NCBI RefSeq assembly: GCF_001194135.2
Contig: NC_068982.1
Location: 144,286,740-144,350,739, forward strand
Length of the DNA stretch: 64,000 nucleotides
Direction: 5' to 3'
Origin: Octopus bimaculoides
Lineage: Eukaryota
In this document: positions 50,940-63,100 of the stretch, in pieces
Layout: every line of letters begins with the position of its first letter
How positions within the stretch are numbered: the stretch's first letter is position 1
The notes under the pieces: model-generated
What the model saw: only the letters and a program-made list of their open reading frames with translations
Told to the model about the DNA's origin: nothing
The model's database searches: none
Translations under genes and position numbers: made by a program

Positions 50940-53900
50940 TTTCAGTAAATTCTGAAGCTCGAAAAAATTTTTTCGTCACTATTGCATTATCATCAATAAT
51001 CATCTGTCATTCCTTTCTAACCCCATACACTCCTAAACAAATACCACATCTGCATTCTTCCACATCTAATAAAATCTAACACCAACATTAACAGTTTCCA
51101 TCAAATATCCACTTTTTCCTTATGTACAACAACAAAACATAAATATTTTGCTTTCTTCTTATGAACAACTCACTGCTTAAATGCCTGTCATCACCTTTCC
51201 CAGCTATGCAAATCAATTAGGGGCTTCTATGTAGTTGCCTGACCTGTTAGATATAGTTATCAATTCTGCTGAATTACACCCTATCAAACAAAAAAAACAC
51301 TGAACAGCTTAATGTGGTTCTGGATTTTCTTTGAAAGTATAAATGACAAATGGAATGCCATCTCTGATTGAACCAACTCAATCAGAGATGAGACAAGGCA
51401 AAACAACAACTGGCAGCCTCAATAATATTTAGCTAGCTTTCTTTCTTTCTTTCCCCCTCTCTCTCTCTCTCTCCAGAGCAAAAAAAGTTCTTCATCCCTG
51501 AGTAGCTGGTGACACCTCTCAAGGACCAAATTAAGAATAACAGACCTATCACTGACATCCCAGTTCATAAATAGTAAAAGATACTCACATAATCAATATA
51601 TCCTTCTTAAACTAACTGACATACAGCATATTAAATCACCTCTACCTTTCAGATATTGGATATGTAGGATATATTTAAAGAATCCAGCAGGCTACCTTCA
51701 TATCAAACCTAAGTCTACACACTCTGTGATTACAAGAAATACTGAACAACAATAACACTCTTCTTTTCTGGAAAATTCTCACTTATACATCCATTCTGAA
51801 TGACACTTCCCACACACATAACCTTAGCTCTTCATGCACTTTATTAATCTTACCAATCTCATCCATCCACTAATCCCTTATTCTTTGGACAGTATCTCTT
51901 CTGTGTACAGCATCTCTTCACCTTCAAACACTACCCCACCATATTGCCCATATACACAAAAAAAAAAGAAAAAAGAAATCCACAGACTTCGTAATTAAAT
52001 ATCTAGTGTAAAATATAAACCAGAGGGCAACATATCAAATATTTGGTTCCAATAGTAACTGCTTGTGAGAATACTAATGAACATGTCTTGTGACTATATG
52101 CAACCAGATACAACTATTCTGTTGAATATTCAATACAATTACTGATTATATCTCATTCTACATTATTTTAGTTACTAACAGTAGTTGTGTCGGCTCAAAC
52201 GTTAGAGAATCAACAAGATGATTTATAATACTTGTTCAGTTTTGCATTGTACTCGGTTAAAATTTTGTGAAAGCTGACTTTGCTTTTCTTTTTCTTTCTT
52301 TTTATTCTTCTAAAATTGATGACATAAATACCAGCAACATACTGGCATCAAATCAATGCCTGACATCCAGTGACCACTTCAGGAAAAAAAAAAAGAGAAA
52401 AAAAAGAGAGACCTAGTATCTAAGAAAAAATTCGTTAGTAATTAATTGCAAAATATTTAATCTAATTAGAGTTCAACTAATTTCAAATGTATATTTAATA
52501 AAAAAAATAAATAAATAAAAACATGAAATAAAGTTAAAAATGAAATAAAGATGCTAATTAACTATTTGTTTAATTTATTCATTCTAGGATAGTGGAGTCA
52601 TTGAAGATGACAGGCAGGTAAAATGGTCCCTTGTTTGATGTCATATATTTCTACCTACATATGCCACCAAAATGAGAGCAGGTAGCATATAAAATAATGA
52701 ATGAAACAAATATCAGCAACATACTGAGGTTAAGTCAATCAACATTACCCTCTACAAGCAATAAATTGAGTAGAAGTAAGAAAAAAAAGTATAAGTGTTG
52801 TCAGACTATCACTTCACCATAAACACCTTGAAAGCTTTGACAATATTTAAATTATTAGGAATTTATATCATCACAAAATATGGCATCACCACCAGTTAAA
52901 AAGAACTGACACTTCTTAGCGATTAGTCCTATCAGGAGAGCAAACACAGACTAGCTTACTATTACCACTAGTTATTCATTCATTCATTGATAATATATTT
53001 CATTCATGTCTTTATTTGCTTCCTGATGCAGTCCACTTATGACATCTATACCAATAATGTAAGTCACATGATGAAGAAAACTGGTTCCAGCTGTTTTTGT
53101 GTACTTTGAAATTTACAATCTGTCCCAATAGCTTTCAAGCAAACATATTTAATGATTAGATTGGCATAACAGTGAAGATAATTAAATGACATCAAAAATA
53201 CAAAGCCACAACAGGTGTAAATATTACTTTGAAAATGTAAGATGTGCAACATTGTACTTGAATTATTATTCAACAACATTCTTTTCCAGGATATTTAAAT
53301 GAATAACTCCACAAACAGCTTGCATGAACAAAAACAACAGTTTTTCTTCTTCACGCTTACTTTCACAAACAATGTATTACAATTACATCTTTACATAGCC
53401 AACTGTTCTTAATAATTTCACAGGGTTTGCAGTGAGAAATTATTCTATAAATGATATGACAACAGCAGGAAAAAATGCCATTGAAGATAAATGCTAATAG
53501 ACATGAATGACATTAACCAAAAAAATTAACATCAAACAAAATATTACAAAAGACATATGGATAAAAGTAATAAAGAAATAAAAAATACACATAAACAAAA
53601 CCGATTTCTATGTTTGTGTGCATGTATATATGCATATATTTACCTTCAATAGGTTGGGTGTGATGAAATATATTAGGTATAAATACATTAACTCTGTTGT
53701 ATTACAATCATTTACAAGCTGTTTTTGTCATGTTTGAGAAGTAAATAAATCCCACAAACATAAACTACTTAATCGTTGATCCGTACTCCTGTCAGTAACT
53801 GTCCAAACAAGAAAGCATAAGTAGCGGAGAAAAATGCCAGAGCAGAGTCTCTTTAAAAACATCCACTGACTGCTAGAACAAGTGCTATACTGCAACTATT

Positions 53901-54031
53901 GGTATTCAAGCCAAAAAGGTGGTTAAAGCAACACTGAATGAAGCTAGTAGGAAGCCAGTACTGTTGCAGCTGGCAGCAGTAGCAGTAGCAGTAGTAACAG
54001 CAGTGGAATTGGAAGCTGTGTTGAATTATTA

Positions 54032-54161
54032 GTAACACATTCACAAATTGAGGAATCTGTTGGCCCTATTAACTTTCCAGATGATCAAGAAATCAAACTC
54101 ATATTTCAAATTATTGATTTCCATATGTGAAACAGGGATAGATGGGCTATTCTATATTGTC

Positions 54162-54197
<36 letters not shown>

Positions 54198-54269
54198 ATA
54201 CATATGAATACATATATGTAAATATGTATGAGTGTGTGTGTGTATATGCATATGAATACATATATGTAA

Positions 54270-54316
<47 letters not shown>

Positions 54317-54413
54317 CATGTATGTGTATGTGCGTGCACATATATATATGAGCTTATGTATGTGTGTATATATATAAATACATACATATATACACACACA
54401 TCTATATACAAGC

Positions 54414-54446
<33 letters not shown>

Positions 54447-54548
54447 TTGTAACATATTCACAAACTGAGGAATTTGTTGTCCCCATTAGGTTTCCAGATG
54501 ATCAAGAAATCAAACTCATATTTCAAATTATTGATTTCCTAATGTGAA
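54032..54548 (+). repeat. 100-bp direct repeats (54032-54131, 54449-54548) flanking a compound microsatellite
   Basis: Shared core ttccagatgatcaagaaatcaaactcatatttcaaattattgatttcc. Roughly 90% identity overall. Confidence 0.9.
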
Positions 54549-54583
54549 GGTGGGGGTGCGTTACTCTGTATCTTCTTATATAT

Positions 54584-54639
<56 letters not shown>

Positions 54640-55356
54640 TGTGCGCGCGCGCGCTTTGATCATCATAGCTCTGATATCTACTTTTTCACACAACCGCAAG
54701 GCAAGTGGAATAGGATTTGTTGAGGCAGATTTTCAAAGGCTGGATGCCCTTCCTGTTGCCAACACTCATCTGTTTCCAAGCAAGATGATATTTCCTCAAA
54801 GCCAGATGTTTTCTTGTAAGACTGAAAATGAAGGGCACCACTTGTTTGTCAGTGACATTTATTTGTAACTATCATGCAATGTCAAGACAAGGAGACACAC
54901 ATACACACATGTATGTACACATCTGTTTGTCTGAGTGTGTGTCTGTGTGTGCATAAGTATATATATGTACATTAAGTGCACACACACACACACACACATA
55001 TATATGTATATATACGTACATACAAGCATTATATATATATCAAAATTAAATAGAAATTGTTGTTGTGATCCCCATGCCGGTAGCACATAAAAAGCACCAA
55101 CCAACTGTGGTCGTTGACAGCCTCCTCTGGCCCCTGTGCTGGTGGCACATAAAAGCACCCACTACACTCTCGGAGTTGTTGGCGTTAGGAAGGGCATCTA
55201 GCTGTAGAAACTCTGCCAGATCAGACTGGAGCCTGGTGCAGCCTCCTGGCTTCTCAGACCCTAGTTGAACCGTCCAACCCATGCCAGCATGGAAAACTGA
55301 TGTTAAACGATGATGATGATGATATACACACACACACATATATATATATATATTCA

Positions 55357-57877
55357 TTGTTCAGCGACGTGAAGATCAAAGAACTGAAGTGTTTCAGATT
55401 GCAAGACAGTGTGTGAGAGAAAACCGTGATGATATAGGAGAGAAATGTGTCCACATGGATGATGGTGCACTTACTTTTAATGACTCTGCAAAGAAAGAGG
55501 CTTGGAAATGCCATTATGAAAGGCTGCTGGGCGTGGAGAGTCTGCGATATGTTGACCCAATCGAGGGACCAGGTACCCAAATTGACAGTACCTTGGTAGC
55601 TAAAGCAATTAAGGATATGAAGACATGGAAAGCCCCCAGTCCATCAAAAATCACTGCTGAAATGCTTACAATATCTGGTGGTGTGGGTTATGGCTTAGTC
55701 ACCCATGTTGTAAATCAGGTGGTCCACAAAGCAGTCATATCCAATGACTGGTGTAGCAGCATCATAGTCAACTGCTACAAAAGTAAAGGTGATACTTTAA
55801 TAAAAATAATTACAGGAGTATCAAATTGTTGGATCAGGTGATGAAAGTTACAGAGTGAGTCATAGCCCAACTAATTAGGCAGAGAGTTAGCCTAGATGAG
55901 ATGCAGTTTGGTTTTGTGCCAGGGAGAAGCACCACTGATGCTATATTTCTGATAGACAGTTGCAGGAAAAATACCTAGCCAAAGATAAACCTCTGTACTT
56001 GGCCTTTGTTGACTTGGAGAAAGCTTTTGACAGGGACCCCAATCCATTATCTGGTGGTTAATGCAGAAACTAGGGATAGATGAGTGGTTGGTGAGAGCTG
56101 TACAAGCCCTGTACAGGGATGGTACCAGTAAGGTGAGGGTTGGAAAAGAGTACAGTGAAGAATTCAGGGTACATTGTTCATCATAGTCCTCCAGGCAATA
56201 ACAGAGAAATTCAAGATAGGCTTCCCCTGGGAGCTCCTCTATGCTGATGACCTTGCTCTTATAGCTGAATCACTACCATAACTAGAGAAGTTCCAGGTAT
56301 AGAAGCAAGGTCTAGAATCGAAGGGCTTTAGAGTTAAGCTAGCAAAAACCAAAGTCTTAGTAAGTAGGAAGGCAGACAAATCATAAATCCCTTCGGGTAG
56401 ACGGCCCTGCTCAATCTATAGAAAAGATGTAGGTAGAAATTCCATAAGATGCACTCGATCTAAGCTTCAGACACATAAAAGGTGCAGTAATATCAGAGGA
56501 AGGTTAACAAGGAAACTAGCTTCTGTATGTGAAGATGCACAGGTACAATAAATGTTGAAAATGTGCAGAAAATAGACTTGGTCAACTGCCAGGGAGGCAA
56601 GCTAGAGGTGGTAGATAGCTTCCATTATCTAGGTGACCAAGTTAGTAGTGGAAGGGGATGCTCTGAGCGAATAGCTGTGAGAATAAGATTAGGCTGGGCA
56701 AAGTTCAGAGAGCTCCTACCTCTGCTGGCAACAAAAGGCCTCTCTCTCAGAGTGAAAGACAGATTGTATGATGCCTGTGTGTGCACAGCCATGCTACATA
56801 GCAGTGAAACATGGGCTGTGACAGTCGAGGACATGCGTAGGTTCGAAAGAAATGAAGCTAGTATGCTTCACTGGATGTGCAATGTCAGTGTGCATGTTCA
56901 ACTGAGTGTAAGCATCTTGAGAGAAAAGTTAGGCATAAGAGACATCAGATGTGGTGTGCAAGAGAGACGACTGCACTGGTATAGTCATGTGATGCACATG
57001 GACGAGGACAGCTGTGTAAAGAAGTGCCAATCTCTGTGGTAGAGGTAGATTCAGGAAGACATGGGACGAAGTGGTGAAGCATGATCTTCAAACTTTGAGC
57101 CTCACAGAAGCAATGACTAGTAACCAAAACCTTTGGCGATATGCTGTGCTTGAGAAGACCCATCAAGCCAAGTGAAATTATAGTCGTGGTTGATGTTGGT
57201 GTCACATAACTGGCATCCATAACTGGCATGTAAAGAGCACTGTTGGAGCACTGGGCTTCACTGAGGCAAAAGTTCCTTTCAAGCATTGAGCCTCACGAAG
57301 GCAAAGTGGCCAAGTTCCTTTTGAGCATTGGGCCTCATGGAAGTAAAGTGACCAAGTTCCTTTTGAGCACTGGGCCTTACGGAAGCAAAGTGGCTGAGTT
57401 CCTTTCGAGTGTTGGGCCTCACAGAGGCAAAGTGACCGAGTTCCTTTCGACTGTTGGGCTTCACAGAAGCAAACTAGCTGAGTTCCTTTTGAGCATTGGG
57501 CTTCACAGAGGCAAAGTGGTTGAGTTCCTTTTGAGTGTTGGGCCTCATAGGCACAAAGTGGCTGAGTTCCTTTTGAGTGTTGTGCCTCACAGAGGCAATG
57601 ACCAAGACCTTTGGCATTATGTTGCGCTTGAGAAGAAGACCCATCAAGCCAAGCAAAATCACAGTCGTGGCAGATACGGTGTCACACAAATGGCATCCAT
57701 ACTGGTGGCACATAAAAGCACCCATTACACTCTCGGAGTGGTTGGCATTAGGAAGGGCATCCAGCCACAGAAAACCATGCTAAATTATACTGGAGTGTAG
57801 TGCAGCCTTCCAGCTTACCAGCCCTGGTCAAACCAGCCAACCTATGTCAGCATGGGCAGCAGACATTAAACGATGAT
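55357..57877 (+). mobile_element. 5'-truncated RTE-clade LINE (RT pseudogene plus 3' UTR, GAT tail)
   Basis: KAIKDMKTWKAPSPSKITAEML, FGFVPGRSTTDAIF, LYLAFVDLEKAFDR, ELLYADDL, LEVVDSFHYLGD and ORF end EKTHQAK*. Several frameshifts and stops. Confidence 0.95.
57270..57598 (+). repeat. 42-bp minisatellite (~7.7 units) inside the RTE 3' end
   Basis: Unit ~ttcctttTgagcattgggcctcacagaggcaaagtggctgag. Translates as a 14-aa repeat (FLLSIGPHRGKVAE-like). Confidence 0.93.
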
Positions 57878-58318
57878 AATTGGAAATGAAATTGGTGTAA
57901 GAATCAATTTACTTCATTTATATTTATATCTAATTAAATTCATGTTTATATTAAACTTATATTTAAGAAAAAGAAGCAGTTCCAACTTTTATTTATCAAT
58001 ACTTTAGTGATCCTGATAATATCTGAACTTCCAGCAGTGAAGTACCAAAACCTTGAATAAAGTAGAAGTTAATTGCTTAGATCTGAAGTTCTACCTTATT
58101 TACCTGTTGTGTCTCTTCAGTTTTCCACTACATCAAAGCAATGTGACAGGAAGGGAAATGGAGAGAAAGGCCAGAATAGATGGGCAAAAGGGGCAAGAGT
58201 ATAATGGTTGTGGGGAGAGAAGAGAAGAGGGAGCGTTGGGTAATAGAAATAGGTAAGGGTTGACTTAGCTTTCAGGCAAAACAAAATGTTCCAGTCAAAA
58301 TGGATTTTATAACATGTA

Positions 58319-59050
58319 CAGGGTGTCCCAAAAGTCACTGATGGGTTTCAATTTTTAATAACTTCCTTAACTTTACAAATAAATGTATGAAAGTTTGATA
58401 CAATATAAAGGACATAATGGAAATTAATATGCACAAGTCAAATTTTGCAACCCTACTACATCACATACGAAAAATGACATTACTTAAAAAGCAGCCATTG
58501 TCAGCCTTGCACACCCGTGCTCTTTCCAAAACTTGCACCACAACACCCTCAAGAGTTTCAGATCCCACTTCTCTGATTTCTTTATTGATGTTCTCCTTCA
58601 GTTGCATCAAGGTCTCTGGTTTGTTGACGTAAACCCTCTCTTTCAGGTATCCCCACAAGAAAAAACCCAGGCTAGTCAAGTCTGGGGAACGTGCTACGGC
58701 AATGTCAACCAGCCTTCACATTTACATCAACAAGGGTTTACGTCAACAAACCAGAGACCCTGATGCAACTGAAGGAGAACATCAATAGAGAAATCAGAGA
58801 AGTAGGTCTGAAACTCTTGAGGGTGTTATGGTGCAAGTTTTGGAAAGAGCATGGGCATGCAAAGCTGAAAATGGCTGCCACTTAAGTGATGTCATTTTTC
58901 ACATGTGATGTTGTAGTGTTGCAAAATTTGATTCATGCATATTCATTTCCATTATGTCCTTTATATTGTATCAAAATTTCATGCATTTATTTGTAAAGTT
59001 AAGGAAGTTATTAAAAATTGAAACCCATCAGTGACTTTTGGGACACCCTG
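58319..59050. mobile_element. Fold-back Tc1/mariner derivative made of two 3' ends (maT/rosa-like transposase C-terminus)
   Basis: TA|CAGGGTGTCCCAAAAG...CTTTTGGGACACCCTG|TA. Arms at 58319-58637 and 58733-59050. The minus strand encodes ARSPDLTSLGFFLWGYLKERVYVNKPETLMQLKENINKEI. Confidence 0.92.
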
Positions 59051-59566
59051 TACATAGCACACAAAGATCCCAAATTCTATCACTGCCTTCCATTTTAACA
59101 AATGTTCTACCATGCTTGTATGGCTGTACAAGTCTTCTCCAGCATAGTGTGTTATCAATCAAAATAGACATTTGTTATCTCTTCTGGGAGATGCAATTTT
59201 CATAAATTATCTGTATTCAAGCCCCATGTCTCATTACCACATAGCATTGTTGCTTGACTACAAGCATCATACAACCTGCCTTTCATTTTGAAAGATCTTC
59301 ATCACTAGCAGAAGTAAAGCTCTCTGAGCTCTTTCCTACCCATTCTTACTGTGGCAACTATACTTTCAGAACATACATCTCCACTGCTAATTATTTCACC
59401 TTAATAATAGAAATATCTAATATTTAATAACAGAAGTTATTTCAAGGGAGCCTGCAAAGCATCTGAGGGAATCTATATCCTATGTGTTCTAAATACTTAT
59501 TGTCCCTATGTACTAGCTATATATGAAAACCACTTTTGCTATTAGCCCACCTGTTATCCCACCCTT

Positions 59567-59957
59567 GTGGAGGCGCAATGGCCCAGTGGTTAGGGCAGCG
59601 GACTCGCGGTCATAGGATCGCGATTTCGATTCCCAGACCGGGCATTGTGAGTGTTTATTGGGTGAAAACACCTAAAGCTCCATGAGGCTCTGGCAGGGGA
59701 TGGTGGCGAACCCTGCTGTACTCTTTCACCACAACTTTCTCTCACTCTTACTTCCTGTTTCTGTTGTGCCTGTAATTCAAAGGGTCAGCCTTGTCACACT
59801 GTGTCACGCTGAATACCACCAAGAACTACGTGAAGGGTTCATGTGTCTGTAGAGTGCTCAGCCACTTGCAAGTTAATTTCATGAGCAGGCTGTTCTGTTG
59901 ATCGGATCAACTGGAACCCTCGACGACGTAAGCGACGGAGTGCCAACAACAACAACA
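59567..59957 (+). mobile_element. Full-length tRNA(Arg-like)-derived SINE with (AAC)n tail and TSD
   Basis: A box tggcccagtggttagg, B box gatttcgattccc. TSD atcccaccctt at 59556-59566 and 59958-59968. CpG-rich. Confidence 0.9.
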
Positions 59958-60083
59958 ATCCCACCCTTATGTATCAATTGTTTACACTAAATACATTGCA
60001 TGAAATTTCTAACTACTCCTTTTCTGCATATTTAGCAACTCTATTTCCCCAGACAGTAGTAATGACTCAACTCCTTTGCTAAT

Positions 60084-60124
60084 ACTGAAGTATTAGTAAA
60101 CTTCCTATTTACTAATACTTCAGT
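60084..60124. repeat. Perfect 17-bp hairpin with a 7-nt loop
   Basis: actgaagtattagtaaa-cttccta-tttactaatacttcagt. Confidence 0.9.
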
Positions 60125-63100
60125 TTTTACTACGTTTATTTTGAGGCCTCTTGATTCTAAGTTTTGCTTCCATGTCTGGAAATTTTGTCTCTAATTATAC
60201 TATAGTTTTGGTTATAAGAATTAGGTCATCAGCATAAAGAGTTCCAACAGACAGTCCAACTTTAACTCTACTGTGATGGTCTTTATGAGAAAAAAAATAG
60301 GATGGGGCTGAGGAATGAGCCTTCATGAACTCTTAACTTCATGATAAATACATATAAGAGAGTAAGAGAAATAGTTTTTGAATCTGTCAATATAATATAG
60401 ATTCAAACAAAAAAAAAAGCAGTTTAACCACTACTTTTTCATTTTAGCATGAAATATTAATTATTAAAAACAAAACCATCACAATTTACCCTCTAAATAC
60501 AGACACATAAACACACACATGCAGAGAGAGAGAGAGAGAGAGAGAGGTGGGTGTTTGTGTGAGCTGAATAGGTGATAAAAATAACTCAAAAGCCCGTTTA
60601 GCAGAAGCTGAAATTCTTTAACAGACAAAAGCAGCAATCCTTTTATGAAATAGAATGATATCAAATATAGAAGCTGAGTAAGATTTTGAAAGAGATGTAA
60701 AAGAAAATTTCCAATGAACAGAGCGCTCTATTTTCAGAAAAATCCTCAGTTGGATATTATTTAAGAAGAGGTGGGGAGGGGAAGTGATTATGGGTGAGAG
60801 TGAAATGTTTAGTCATTCCAAGAACTCAAATATGGGTGCTGACTTTATGCAACCATTAATGGCAGGAAGTCACATGTTGCTTAACAGGTATTGATAAAAG
60901 GAAGAATATTTGATGAAGAGTGTCAGAAAATAGATAAAAATGGTTTCTCGGAAAGGAGTTTCGTTGATTCTGGTTTTCATAGAAATTCTGAGATGAGAGA
61001 AAGTATCAGTATTAAAATAAATATCTTGGCAACTAATTCTCTTTTTTTTTTCCTTAAATAATAGAACAGTAAAAAGCAACTTTTTATTTATTTATCTATT
61101 TATTTTTTTCCCCAAGAGGTAATCTCCTAAAATCATTTCCATTAGCCAAGATAATTTTCCCAAATACATTTTAAAGAATATATCACTGTTAACAGGTAAT
61201 GGCATGGAGGGAGAGGAGCATAAAATGGAAACAAGAGGCAAAAAATGTTATCCTTCTTGTGAATGAAAGGGATCCATAGTGTTGGTAATTAGCTCCAGTT
61301 TGCATAGCATTAAGCAAATAAGAACTAATTCTAACCCTGGGGGTATGAATGCTAATACATTGCTGGGTAGTTTCCACATAAAAGCCAGAAGATACCTATT
61401 TATACATTGCTTGGTTAATTGAGATGATGTAGAATTAAAAATCTGAACAGTAACCAACTGAAACACTTGTAATTTATAAGTCAAGTTAGCTGTTTTGCCT
61501 ATTAAATAGGAGCAAAAACAGCTTTAATAACTGACTCTATGAATTAGCAATTGATAAAACTATACTAAATTGGAGTTATTAAACTCATTTACTTTGAAGG
61601 AAGCACATCAACAATATCTATCTTCAAAGTCAAACTGAAAAATCTAATTTGTCAAAATGTTATCCACTGCCAGGAAATAATCTAATACCCACCACCCCAC
61701 CCTTGAAATTTTCTGTGATGGTTGGTTGAGGTGGTTGACATATTTTCTTCACAATCTCCTCTCTATATTCCAGTCATCATCATCATAATTCTTATACCTG
61801 CTTTTTCTAAGCTGACATGAACTGGAAAATATTTCTTAAAGCAGTATTCTATAGCTGAATGCCCTTTCTAACACTAACTCTCACTTGGTTTTAAGGAAGA
61901 TATTTTATTCCACTGGTCTCCCAAACAACTGACTTGGCAGATTTATTTGTTATAGATGATGATGGCAAATGAACATCATCCCTGCCTATGCAGTGCCAAT
62001 GTTAATACATGCAGAAACAAAACACACAAGCACACATGGGCTTCCATACACTTTCCAAAGTACAGAACTCTTGGCAAGGTTATCAAGGTGTGTTTCACTA
62101 TGAAAGGTTATCAGAGACAGCGAAGACTAACATTTCTAAAAGTTTTACTTGTAAGTAGTTCAGGATTTGAAAGAAGGTAGAGTTTTAAGCATATTTCCTT
62201 GATATATATCTATATATATATATGTGGTTACTGTGTTTTGTTGCAGTTATGATCAAAGTTTTTGTTAAAAGAAGTGATGTATGCCTGCCATGAATTATCT
62301 AGGTTGTATGTGGGTGATATCTATGTAGCAAAGATTATCAATGAGTGAAGGATGGCATCATCAGTACAAGAGGGTATTTAAGGGGAAGTAAAATACAGCA
62401 GGTTGTTGATATGCATGTGTTTGGTTGGAATTATCAGAGAGTTGATCTTTCATGAGTGCATTTGGCTTAAAGTAAAAGAGGGTAAGTCACTGATGTGAGT
62501 TTGGCTGCAGTTAAAGAAAACAAACAAAAACAGTACACAGATACACATAAGAAAGAAAAGAAAAAGGCTGAGCTCTTGGAGCTCAAGAATTTTCTACATA
62601 TACCGAGTAAGAGTTGACCCTAGTTTTCTTCAGGTGACAGATCATTTGCAAGACAAAAAATTATTTTGTGGAGAGACGTTACAGAAAGGAAATTAATTTT
62701 TCTCTATAATTATGCATTTCAATGTCCAATTCATACAAGCATCATAGTTACAGATTACTGAAGTTTTTTATTGAAGAATCACCACACTCACTCCAACATA
62801 TACCAGTGTGATACAAACAGCTTCACTCCATTACTTCTAATAAGGATATAATATGTTATACTAGACCACCACTATAATTCACCCTAATTACCATATCTCT
62901 AAATGCAAGGTACTTAGTAGTATACATTTCACCAGCTTACAGTTTATTGATGCAAGCACAGATGTAAAGCAATTTAACCAGTGTTGTCAGATAAGTGAAA
63001 AATGGAATAACATCTTAAGTCCCAGTATCATTGCTCACTTCTATCAACTACAGCAATAAATTGCTAAGATTTATATAAAAGTCAGGTCACAGTTGGATTT

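Larger units (their letters stand above)
59080..60330 (-). mobile_element. Decayed RTE fragments interrupted by the SINE at 59567
   Basis: The reverse complement near 60215-60260 reads GLSVGTLYADDL. 59100-59400 resembles the RTE thumb region. Confidence 0.5.

Noticed and set aside
50910-51003. Minus-strand ATG frame MIIDDNAIVTKKFFRASEFTEIDVENSRDTT ending at CAG|GTAAAT, a possible alternative first exon
   Set aside because: The donor is phase 1, and none of the eight FRMD4 exons accepts phase 1; joining to exon a hits a stop. No homology recognised.
57270-57598. Regular array suggestive of CRISPR
   Set aside because: Contiguous degenerate units without unique spacers, in eukaryotic TE context; it is a minisatellite.
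59567-59645. tRNA-like sequence (also at 30375 and 33538)
   Set aside because: No complete cloverleaf, and it continues into a SINE body; not a tRNA gene.
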